The notes under the pieces: generated by a model
The model's database searches: none
What the model saw: the letters and a program-made list of their open reading frames with translations, nothing else
What the model was told of the DNA's origin: nothing
Part shown: positions 42,546-55,687 of the stretch, in pieces
How positions within the stretch are numbered: position 1 is the first letter of the stretch
Layout: every line of letters starts with the position of its first letter
Program-made: the position numbers and the translations under genes
Assembly (NCBI RefSeq): GCF_009914755.1
Contig: NC_060928.1
From: the human T2T-CHM13v2.0 reference genome, Homo sapiens
Direction: 5' to 3' (one strand)
DNA: 64,000 bases

Positions 42546-43887
42546 AGTGTTCTCATCTATAAAATGAAAACAATAACAATACCTATCTCATAAGGTTGCT
42601 ATAATGGATAAGATGAATAAATACACAAAAAGCAATGACTAGCATATAGCAAGACATATTGTATGTGCCTGGCATATACTCAATAAGTATTAGCTAGTGT
42701 CATTGTGGTTTGTCCATGCATTTATTTACTCACCAACAATTTATGTAGTGCTAAAAGCTGGGAAGGCTAAGAGGGACACAAATAAAAAGATGCTATTCTG
42801 AAATCATGAGAGTAACAAAGATCTGTATAAGACAATCTATAACAGGAGTACAGAGACAGGAAACTTCTACAACTGCTTAGGGATGATAGAAGCCATGTCA
42901 CAGAGAAAGTGATGCTTCAGTTACATACTGAAAGAGGAGAAAAAATCAGTCAGATAGCCTTAAGGATAGAGAGGATGTACATTCTTCTCAAAAGGAATAT
43001 GTACAAAAGCATCTGAAAGAACCTGGCTTCCAAGAGCTAGTGAAATCAGCAGGGCCTAGGCCTAAGGGTTTTGTGTGCGTTAAGAAGTTTACGTGCGAAT
43101 AGGTGATCATCTACAAGTTACTCACATATTCCAGCTTACCCAAGAAAAATATATATATAAGCACAAAAAGGGAATTCTTGCAGGTGACATATATCAGCAA
43201 ACCTTACATTTTCCCTTGTTGGATTTAAATTACTTTCATTGACTACACGGACTGAAAACTCTTTGTTCCAAATTTAGAATCTATTCAAAAGAAAATTTTA
43301 AATGACAAAAAATGTTACCCTCCTATAGGTTTTCTGATTATGACATTTTCTTCGGTTTACCCATCTTGTATGCATAATTAACTATATCATAACTTTAAAA
43401 ATAGAAGATGGCAAGTTTTATACATATTATATACATGCAGCTATTTTTCCTCCTGAAAGTTACTACAGTTCTGCACACTAATCAACCTAAAGTTTATTCA
43501 GATTAACTGTAGAGCTATAAAATCACAGGCTACAAAAAAAAAAAAAAAAAAAACAGTACATGCACTTCTTTAAAAGAAGTAAAACAATACTTCAAATGTA
43601 TTAAATAAATATGACCACCTATTATATGTCAAGTACTGTGCTAGTAAGCACAAGGGATAAATTAGGGAGCAATATAGACATTATCTTTACCCTCACATTA
43701 ATGAGGTAGAAAGAATAAGTGAGCATGTAAATAAATGAGTCAATTACTACAATTATCATAATCTGAAAGTGGAGGAGGCGACCAGATAAGAGAGTAACAG
43801 AGTGAAAGAGAGGAGTAGGAATCAGGATAGCAATGACAATTTTACATAGGATAGCCATGGAAGACCTCTTTGATCTGAGATCTAAAG

Positions 43888-44231
43888 CAGTGGACCCCAC
43901 CTTTTTGGCACAAGGGACTAGTTTCATGGAAGACAATTTTTCCACAGATGGGGTAGTAGGGGGGCATAATTTTGGGGTAAAACTGCTTCATCTCAGATCA
44001 TCAGGCATTAATAATGATTTTCATAAGGAACACACAACCTAGATCCCTTGCATGTGCTGTTCATAATAGGGTTCACGCTCCTATGAGAATCTAATGCTGC
44101 TGCTGATCTGACAGGAGGTGGAGCTCAGGCAGTAATGCTCACTGTCCACTGCTCACCTCCTGCTGTATGGCTGGGTTCCTAACAGGCCATGTAACAGTAG
44201 CAGTCCATGGCCCAGGGGTTGGGAACCCCTG
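43888..44231. mobile_element. MER1 (MER1B-like) hAT-Charlie element nested in L2
   Basis: Termini cagtggacccc / ggggttgggaacccctg and a perfect 8-bp TSD atctaaag (43880-43887, 44232-44239). Confidence 0.92.
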
Positions 44232-47200
44232 ATCTAAAGGGTAAGAATAAACCAAACAAATTAAGAGGTAGTTGGACGAAAAAACTGTTTAAGTCATTGG
44301 GACAGGGATGAAAACCTGGAAGAGGAAAAAGACGGAGTACAATTGAGGAAAACAAAGAAGTATAATAAGCAAGAGTGGTACCTATAGCATAATGAGGATA
44401 TTACTCAAATACAATAATGGAAAACCATTGTAAGGTTGTAACCAACAGCACAATATGATTTTGCATTTTGAAAAAATTACTCTAGCTACCATGAGGAGAA
44501 ACGATGTCTGAGGACAAAAAAACAAGCAGAGAAACCACTTTAAGAGACTTTTGAAACAATCTAACTCTGTTTAAACATTTACAAAACCCTTTGGGGCCTC
44601 ATAACAACCTTGGCGAATAGGTAAGCATTATTCCAATTTCACACACACACAAAAACTGAGGTTTAGAATGACTTAACGAAAGTCTCAAATCTAGTCATTA
44701 GTAGCACCAGAATTAGAACTATGCTATCTGATTCAAATCCAGCTGGAGGTTCTCAATGAAGAAAGAACATCAACTTTAGGGATGAATTAACAGTCACTTA
44801 ACAGTCTAAGTTTTATTTAGATTTTTAATTAAAACAATAAAGACAAACTTTAAATAATCACTACTTTAAAAATACGCACTATGATATAGCTGGTTTTATA
44901 TTTGTAAAACATTAAAAGTATTAATTAGTAACAATAAATCATAAAAACCGGCCCATAAGCATTACAGAACATGATATGCTTTGCCTCATCACTTGATTAC
45001 ACAGTTATTTAAAAAGAACTTGCAGCTGTACATACAAGTTGTGAAACTTTATGTGAAATTACATAAAGTTTAAAAATGATCCATGATTAGCCCAAACATA
45101 ACAAGCAAAATTCCCTTAATAATTTATTAAATTTGATTCACATGTGGTTAAAATTATATATACACTTTGACTTCTAAAACACACACACACTAATACAAAC
45201 AGCCAAGTATACAATTACTTTTCTTTTTAGGTACTATTTGTTTACTGGCATTCAAGATTCCTTACTCAGGATCTCCACTGCATCCACCTATATGACTACT
45301 GATAACAAGGGAGAGAACGAACAGTCTTAAAAGATACAGTATTAAATGTAATAAATATTTTTAAACTAGACATATCAAATGTATCAGAGCTACTGATAGA
45401 TTTGTATCAGCTCTGTACATTTCACAGATCAGAGCTACTGATCAGACTAAATGTTATGAAGTTTTAAGTACAATTTCAAAATTCTGAAGCACTTTGTAAG
45501 AGTATCTATATTACACTGGCCTGAGGCTTCACAATGTTCCTAGTTTCCCAAGTATTTATTTTCCAACATGCTGTAAGAACATATTCTATAATGAACAAGA
45601 CTTTTTCATTCAAACCAGAATGTTATTCCATGTATTTTAAAAAGGGAATATATTATCAATTAATTGTATTATTAATGTCTACTTGCTGTCGATGGAAAAA
45701 AAAATTAAAATTATAAACTATTTTTGCTCTTCAGTCCATACATAATGGCAGGAACAGAGTATTCTCAGTGAAATGACTGTAAAAAATGTCACTGTCTAAC
45801 TTAAAAGAAGTAAAAGCAAACTAGTAAAAAATGTCACTGTCTAACTTAAAAGAAGTAAAAGCAAAATATAAATATAGCACTTGTACAGATTTCACAGTAA
45901 TTTTTAGGTTATCAGGGAAACATCTTGAGTGTTGATCTGGTTATACTCAATTCAAACAAACGACTTGTCACATTAACTACCTCCAGGAAGTTACTCCAAA
46001 CACAAAATAAACTGTTTATGCCCCTACTCAGATAGATAACATGACAGATTGTTATTAGTTGAAGACAGATGAAATACATTAATTTGATTGTGAGCATGTG
46101 TTTAATTTTACCCTGCCATGTACACTCTCTAATGCTGTCTTTCTATGATGACATAGTAAATCATGCCATATTAGAAGAATTGCTAATGCAAGAAAATAAA
46201 AAATTAGCAGAACTTGATTTTGACTCTGTAGATTCTTAAACCAACCTTCTTATAAATATAACTGCCTGGAAAATCCACGTGTTCCACAAACAGATGAAGA
46301 AAAAAGTTCTCATCAGAGAAAGTACTTTTGTTTCTGGTATAAATTTAAAGACCTCAATGCAGTTTAAAAATTTTCCTGTATACTAGTTTTTACATTTCTT
46401 TATAAGATGCCTCTTATTTCCCACTTTCAAAACTGGGTTTTAAGTGTTTACCTTATCAATCTGTGTAAGCACTTTGTATATTAAGGATATCTGCCATATT
46501 CACTCCAAACATTCACCTTAGGTTGGCATTCTCCTTTTAAACGTTTCATGAGGGTTTTGAGACATAGAAATTAAGACTTTATGAAGTCAAATATTCTGAG
46601 ATAATAAGGTTGCTACTTTTAGCCTATACTTATTTGGTTGTTTTGTTACATGCAGCTAAAAACAAAAACCAACAAATTAACAAAGCACATAATAAAACAA
46701 CCACTCACAAAGTATTTGTTGAGTGAAGAGAAATATTTTTAGGCTCTTAAAATAAATACAAATAATCAATTGTGTCTAAAATAATATGCATGGCTGCATT
46801 TTACAGGAATACTACACAGGGCTGAAAATTAATGAACTAGAGTTTCACACCACAATAAGAATGAATCTCACAAAGGTGGTGAGGGCAACATGCAAAGGAA
46901 TACACATAAATAATTGCATTTATATAAAAATATTAAATGGCAAAACAACATTATTTGATGACACATACACATATTATGAAAATAGAAAAGCAAGAAAAAG
47001 ATCAAGACTATGGATAGCAGTTACTTCTGAAGGTAGAAGGAGATGGATAAAGGCACCTGTTTGGTTCTGGGGTGCTAGCAATGCTCTATTTCATGACCTG
47101 GGAATAGTTATTCTTTAAACCACTTTCCATATTCTTCTGTATGTAAAACAGAAGAACATATATAAAAGTTTCCATTAAAATTTAAATTTAAATCTATTAA

Positions 47201-48175
47201 CATATATTCCTACTAATTATAATAAAAGTCCTACTAAAATTATAACAATATGACATTCTTCTCTTCAAATCCAATTTCTTACATGATCATAAAGAAAGGT
47301 CACTGTTGTAATATTTATTCTTGGTTTTTATTATTTTTCACAAGGACCATGATTAATCCTTTAAATCCTCAAATCATACTCTTGTGACCTATCTAAACAT
47401 GTCATGAAACTTGCGGATTTTCTCTACAATTATTATCACCTGACTCTGCCAGATATTCATTTGTTAATTTCTTTGCTTCTAGCAATTCTCCAGCACTTCT
47501 ACAGATTTTGCATATTGCTGCAAGGTTTTCCTACTCAAATTGCATTGTGTTTATAGTGTACAATCACATACATATCCACAAACCAACCTATAAGGATTCT
47601 AAGGGGATCATAATGAATCTTCATAACTCCAAAGAGTCACCAAAACACCACCAAGAGCAGCAGCCGGTATCAAGCAGACAGAGGAGGGAGCAAGTAAGAA
47701 GTCACATTATTTCCTCAATTTCATCAATTAGGTTACCTAAATCCCTTTTAGTAATGGATAATGCATAACTATTTCTCCTCTTGCCTCAGGTTAGAGGAAA
47801 TAATAGGTCTAAAAGCACTATTGAGTAAGTAAATCCTTTTTATATTTGTGGCTATCTACAACTTTTGTTGCTTGTAAAAAATTTGTGCATATATCATCAA
47901 AAGCCTAAAGGAACTGGAAAATTAATAAACTGTCTTTTTATTTTATTCATGTTTTGGGCATTTACCACAAGAATTCCTATCAGACAATTTCAAACTGGCA
48001 CAGTGCTATAGAGGTTCATTTGCAAACTTCCACATACTAGGTAGATACAATGAGGCCCAAGTTCACTTATACCATTTATACATAGAATTGCATAAAAAAA
48101 AGAGTGTATTTGTCTTACCCAGACACTAGCATACCCTGGCATCTCACAAAGTACACAAGCCACAGTAAGACTGTC

Positions 48176-48497
<322 letters not shown>

Positions 48498-48664
48498 TTA
48501 TGGTTATTTAATTCTTCTTTATATTTTCCCATTACCAACAATGACCATATATTATAATTAGCCCTACTGGAAGATGGGGAGAGATAGAACATTATTTAAA
48601 GTAACAACAAAGAGTAAACAGAAAACTGCCCAATCACAACAGAATTCAGTGTAATAAGAATTGC

Positions 48665-48875
48665 ACTTACACAGCATCACACTATTCTATAGGCATTTTA
48701 CACATATTAAATCATTTAATCCTCACTAAAAACATCATTTGACAAATGAGAAAACTGCAGAGAAAGGGATAAAAGACTTTATATACGGGCACACATCTAG
48801 TAAGTAGTGGAGCCACAACTCACCCCCAAGGCAGTCTAGCTCCGGAGTCTGTATTCTTAGCTATCACACTGCTTT
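48665..48875 (-). mobile_element. MIR SINE
   Basis: tcatttaatcctcac...gacaaatgagaaaactg...ggcagtctagctccggagtc. Confidence 0.75.
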
Positions 48876-48949
48876 CTCTTCATATGTGTAGTCATCTGCG
48901 TCTGGCATTTTTCGTGCGTATTGTTTCATCCATGTCATCCCAATGAAGT

Positions 48950-51900
48950 ATATACAGTTCATGCATTTGTACTGCCATATAACATACCTTTTTATAAGTC
49001 TACCACAATCTATAAATATTTTCTCCAATTGATGAACACAAGTTGTTCCCAACTGTTAAGATACTAACAACAAAGCCATGAATATTCTTACTCAGTACAT
49101 GTCACCTGATAATATGCCTAGCTGTCTAAGATACATAGCAGAGAACTGCTGAATCATACTCTATGAATGTTCAACTTTGCAGAATGTCAAATTGTTTTCA
49201 AAGTAGCTGTACCAATTTATAATCCATCTAGTAGTGACTATGAGTTCCTGTAGATTGACATTATCTGTCACTTGCTTTTCTTAGTCTTCTAGATTTGTGC
49301 CAATCTAGAAAGCATAAGAATCTCATGATCTTATTTTGCATTCCTTGATTAGTGATGAGACTCCACTTATATTTATATGTCTTTCTTCTTCCATGAAATT
49401 TCTATTTATGTTTTATGTCCTTTTTTTAACGAACGGCCTTTTTCTTGTAGATTTGAAAAAGTATACCAGTCTTTTTCAGTTATTTTGTGTTACACACACC
49501 TTCTCCCAGTTTGTGGCTTGTCTTTAATTCTTTACTGTATCATTTCATAGAAACAAATGTTTATCTTCTGTAGTTAATATATCCCATATTTAAATTTAGC
49601 AATTATGTATTGTTTAAGAAACCCTTCCACATTCTAAGTAGAAAAGATATTCTTTTATTTTTTTATTCTGTAAAGTTGTGCCATTAACATTGTAGCCCTT
49701 AATCTATTTGGAACTGATTTTTGTGCATGGTAATATCCATTTTCTTTTTCTCTATAAAAATAACAGCTATCCTAGGACTACTTATTAAGCATTCTCTTCT
49801 TTCTCAAAGATCTTCTATATCACCTCCACTATAATATCCAAGTTCCACTTATGTGAGGATTTGTTTCCAGTGTCTCAATCCTGTTTACTTGGATGAATTC
49901 CCTATTGTCTTTATAAAAGCTGTTGCTAGTAAGTCTTGATAACTGGCATGGCAAATGCTTCTCAGAAGCATATTCTTATTCTTGGATTTTTCATCTTCCC
50001 TATACATTTTAGATACAGTTTGCTTAAATACCACACACAAATACCATTTGGAGTTTTGACTGAAATTATGCTGAAGGGATAAATCAATCTGAAGAGAAGT
50101 GACATCTTTATAATATTGAGTCTTTGTATCCTTGAAAATGGTGTTTGCTGTCTTTCATTTAGGTCTTGTTTTATCATTTGAGAATTTTGTAGTTTTATTT
50201 CTTCCTTTTCAATTTGTATGTTTTATATACCTTTTTCTTGCAGTTTTATAATAGCTAGGACCTTAAAAATAGTGTTGAATAGGAGAGGTGGAAGTGAATC
50301 TCCTTACCTTGTACCTAATCTTAGGTGGAAAGCAAATTCACTATTTCATCATTAAGTATGACATTAATTGTAGGGTTTTCACAGATGCCATTTATGAAGT
50401 TGAAGAAGTTTCTTCTCATTTTCTCATTCCTGATTTGCTGAGACTTTTATTAACTATAAATGGATGCTGAATTTTATCAAATGCTTTTTATGTTTCTGTT
50501 GAGATCACCATATGGCTTATTTAGCCTACTGATATGGTAAGCTACATTAAATAATTTCAAATATTACACCAGCACTGCATTTCCAGGATAAACTCCACTT
50601 GGTCATAATATAGTACCCTTTGTATTGCTTGATTCAATTTGTTAATATTTTGTCAAAGGAATCTTTTGTATTTATGTTCATGAGGAATATTGGTCTGTAG
50701 TTTTCTTACAGTGTCTTTATCTGATTTTAATAGATTATTATATCGGTGTCATAAAATAAGTTGGGAGGTATTCCAACACCTTTGGTTTTCTGGAAAAGTT
50801 TATATACAATTAGTATTATTTCTTCCATACATGTTTGGTAGAATTTACCAGTAAAACCTTCTGGATCCACAGTATTCTTTGTAGTATTCTTTGTGGAAAC
50901 ATTCCAAATTATGAATTCAACTTTTTTCATAAATGCAGAAGTATTCAGATTATCTATTTCTAGAGTGAACTTAGTTTGTGTCTTTAAAGGAATTTGTTCA
51001 TTTAATGAGAACACATGGACACAGGGAGGGGAAAATCACATACCATGGCCTGTTGCGGGGAGGGAGCTAGGGGAGGGATAGCATTAGGAGAAATACCTAA
51101 TGTAGGTGACGGGTTGATGGGTGCAGCAAACCACTATGGCATGTGTAAAACTACGTAACAAAACTGCACATTCTGCACATGTACCCCAGAACTTAAAGTA
51201 AAATAATTTTTAAAAAAATTGTTAAGGAATTTGTTCGTTTAATCTAAATTGTCAATTAACAGAAGTAAATATTTTTGTGATATTTGCTTACATTCCCTTT
51301 AATGCCTAAGAATTTGTAATGATTTCTTCTCTTTCATTCCTGACAGTGTAATTTGTATGTTCTCTCTTTTTTTATTGTCATTTTGGCTAGAGATTTATCA
51401 GTTTTATTAATCTTTTCAAAGAATCAGCTTTTGATTTCATTGATTTCTCTATTTTTTTAATTTCTACTCTTACCTTTACTTTTTTCTTTTTCTGCTCACT
51501 TGCCTTTCATTTTCGATATTCTTAAGGTGGAAACTTAGATCACTGATTTTGAAAACTTAGTTTTTCAAGTATAAGCATTTAATAATGCTAGACATATTTC
51601 TCTAAACACTGCATTGGCAGCATGCCATAAAGTTTTAAATGTAGTCTTTTTATTTTTGTTCAATTCAATGTATTTCCTCTTTGGCCCACAGGCTGTTTAG
51701 GAGGTGTTCAAATTCTTAATATTTGGGAATATTACAAATATGTTTTTCTGTTACTGATTTCTAGCTTAATTCCATTATTGTCAGAGAAGACATTAAATTC
51801 TTTTAAATTTGTTAATGTTCTTTTTATATGGAAGAATATGGTCTATCTTGATAAATACTTCATCTGCACTTGAAAGCATATATTCTTCTGTTGTCAGATG

Positions 51901-52392
51901 GAACGTTCTGTAAATGTCTATTAGGTCTAGCTGACCGATGTTGTTCATGCCTTCTATATCCCTACTGATTCTCAGTCTACTTGTTACACCAGTTATTGAT
52001 AAAACATGTAGACATTGATAAAGGATTGTTGAAATCTCAGATTCAATGGTAGGTTTGTCTATTTAACCTTTCTGTTCTATCAGTTTTTGCTTTGTGCAAG
52101 TTCTGCTGCGTTTATATACATTTAGAATTGTTATACCTTTTTGTGAACTGACCCTTTGATCAATATGTAATGTCCTCCCTTATCGCTACAAAATTCCTTG
52201 TTTCTCATGTTAATATAGTTACTTCAACTTTCTTTTGATTAGTCTTTGCAAAATATACCTTTTCCCATCCTTCTATTTCTAAGCTACCTGTATCTTCATA
52301 TTTAAAGTAGATTTTTATAGACTGTATATAGTAGTCGGGTCTTGCTTTTCTATCCAATATGATTATTTCTATATTTTAATTGATATATTTAG
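48950..52392 (-). mobile_element. Long old L1M fragment(s), sense to RAB28
   Basis: T-rich antisense ORF2. ORF 50727..51014 (PEGFTGKFYQT..EEII..YKLFQK) resembles L1 ORF2. Confidence 0.8.
51004..51223 (+). mobile_element. Very short 5'-truncated L1PA 3' UTR nested in the older L1
   Basis: L1PA 3' UTR with TSD aaggaatttgttc(a/g)ttt at 50987-51003 and 51224-51240. Confidence 0.92.
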
Positions 52393-52394
52393 AC

Positions 52395-53037
52395 CAGATA
52401 TTAGCAAACATTTTCTGTAAGGGGCCAGATAGTAAATATTTTAGGCTTTCTGCCTCATATATTATTATTATTTTTTTATTATTATTATTTTGAAACAGGG
52501 TCTCACGCTGTCTCCCAGGCTGAAGTACAATGGCGTGATCACGGCTCACTGCAGCCTTTGCCTCCCAGTCTCAAGCTATCCTCCCGCCTCACCTCTCAAG
52601 TAGCTGGGAACACAGGCACATGCCACTGCACCCGGATAATTTCTGTATATTTTTGTAGGAAAGGGGTTTTGTCATGTGGCCTTGGCTGATCTCGAACTCC
52701 TGAGCTCTGATTATCCACCCACCTCGGCCTGCCAAAGTGCTGGGATTACAGGTGTGAGTCAGTGCGCCCGGACCCTGGCTCACATATTCTTTGAAGTAAC
52801 TAATGAATTCTGCTTTTTTAGTGAAAAAGCAGTCCTAGGAAAGACAGAAACAGATAAGTGTGGCTCTATTCCTATAAAACTATTTATGGACATTAAATTT
52901 TGATATTCATATAATTTTCAGGTGTCATAAATTACACGTTTTGTTTACATTTTTCCTGTGATTAAAAGATGTAACAAGCATTCTTAGATAGCAGGTCATA
53001 GAAAAACAGGTCATGGGTCATAGTTTGCTGACTTGTG
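52395..53037. mobile_element. MER58 (B-like) hAT-Charlie element interrupted by AluJ
   Basis: gcaaacattttctgtaaggggccagatagtaaatattttaggcttt ... catagtttgctgact. Confidence 0.85.
52461..52772 (-). mobile_element. AluJ SINE with (TTA)n tail
   Basis: AluJ-type ctcaagctatcctcccgcctc and TSD-like ctcatatatt/ctcacatatt. Confidence 0.92.
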
Positions 53038-53776
53038 TCTATACCTCTGGCTCAAAAACCTTTAGTGGCTTTCTATAGCTCTTGTGAAAAATCCAAACTC
53101 CTTAAACGATTTTGTCTATTTCTCAACTGTTCCTGCCTTGCACTCTGTTCCACTTGTCACAAAATGTTGCCAAGTCCCCTTATATTCCAGACTATTTGCT
53201 AACTTCAGCAGTTTTATTCGTTCTTTTATTTCTTCTTAGACTGTCCTTTCTCACCCTTCTCTTTATGGCATATTCCTGCATATTGCTTAAGATTCTGTTT
53301 CAGTATTATGTATGCTATAAAATCTTCCTTGCCCACTGCTTCCTGTAAAGTGCCCCGGCGTACCAAGTACATCATTTTAAGATAATGCTATCATACTGTG
53401 TCTCCTACTATTATGCTTGGTATATAAAAGGCAATCATGAATGAGTAAATAAATGAATGAATACTTTAAAATCTAAGAAAATTGAATGTGTGCAAATGTT
53501 TATAATACATAAGAACAAAGTCAAATTCCAACATAGTTATACATGTATAATCATCAAAATGCATTTAGCCAAATTAATTTTAGAAAAGTTTTTAAATTCC
53601 CATAAAAATGAAACCATTGTCTCAATTATAAAATATTCCTTAGATTTTAATATTAAACTGTAATGTAACAAACTCTCAGAAGATGGTGCTAGTTCAATAT
53701 GACAATAAGCCAATAAATAAATAATAAGACAACTGTTCAAGAAAATGATTTCTCTAAAAAAATAATGGATCTTCTT

Positions 53777-54080
<304 letters not shown>

Positions 54081-55687
54081 AATAATGGATCTACTTAAGG
54101 AAAAGTTACAAGTAAAGATATTCCTAACAGAAAACCACTTTTGAAAGAGGAACAATCCATTCCTCAATCTAAAATTAAACACAAAATTTAATCAATTTTC
54201 ACAAATTTTTATAAAAATATAGAATAATGATCAGTAAACTATACTGCATAAAAAGGAAAAAATCCTGAAGAAAGAAGGAGCTTAATTTCAAACCTAGAAA
54301 TATTCTAGGCTTCAAACATCTCCATTGCAAAGAATTCAGTTCATTGTCTCAATATATTAGCATATCAAATTATAACTTATGGATATATAAATGGCAGTGG
54401 TAGGGAGGAAGTTGGAATATGGAAGGAAACAAAATTATACCAATCAACTCTGATGTCCATTTTTAAACCAAAGAATACTTTTTTTACAGAAACTAAAATG
54501 AACAAATTCAGTTAATATCTTTTAACAATACTAACCAGTTTTTTTGTTGGTTTTCAGTTACCCACCATTTTGTTTCGTTTTTGTTAAGAAGGAACTGTCA
54601 CTCTGTACTTTTTTTTTTTTTTTGGTTATTCCCAAATTACAGAAAATTCTAAAACAGAATTTAATAATCACTCCTAAAGATTTTTAAACCCCACATTCAG
54701 GTATTTATTTTTAAAAGATCCAACATATTTGTGTAGAATACCTCTGTCTCCTAACGAGAATTTAAACCCATACTTGAGAAGTAAATGGTTTGTGCTGGAA
54801 AATCAGCTGAAAATTTTCTAAATTGGGAGGAGAAAAACATAGCCAAAATCCCAATCTAAGAATATCTGATTTAAAACTAGCAGTCCTTCTTTCTTTTACT
54901 GGGGTATATTACTAAATGATACATTTTAACTTTGAAACACATATAGCACATTGTGCTTATTTAAAATTAAGCCCGAGAAGTGTATCTCATGGGTGCAATA
55001 TGTTCTATGAAGCTGAAACAATAAACATACGAGTTGATACTGAAAAGCAGTAAAAGAAAGCTGTCAGCCTATAAGAAATACATAGTAAATTAAAGAAACT
55101 AAAGATAATATACTTGAAAACTACAGTTCTTTGGATAGATAACTGTTCTTATGTTAATGAATCATCTAGTCCTAATTGAAACTCATAACATAGACTCCTT
55201 TCACTGACTACAAGATTAAAAACTTTAAATCAGAAAACTTGACAAGCGTCTTTCCCAATATTTGTCAGAAATACAATCAGCATTTATGAATAAAATTCAT
55301 AAATTTCTCAATAAATATTGTAATCATGGGAGAGCAATAAAAGAGGAACTACTGAACCCTGATTTCCATTTTTCAGAATATTCACTATTTGAAGAACAGA
55401 GGAAGATTACACTGTGAGAATTCAGAACAAATAAACATTATAGCTTTTCATGATAGAGCACTAACAAGAATTTTCTATTCCTCAACAGCCAATTCTCTCA
55501 CTTTCTTGGTTTACTGAGATCTATTATTCATTTAAGTTTGCCTTCTGATTCATTTTCACCTTTATAATATATTGTAAAAGTTATTTTTTAAGTTCAAAAA
55601 TAATTATAAATAGAAAAATGAGAAAACTATGGGAAATCCAATCAATGGAAACTCTAGGTAGCTCTACAAAACAGAACCTTTTTAAAA

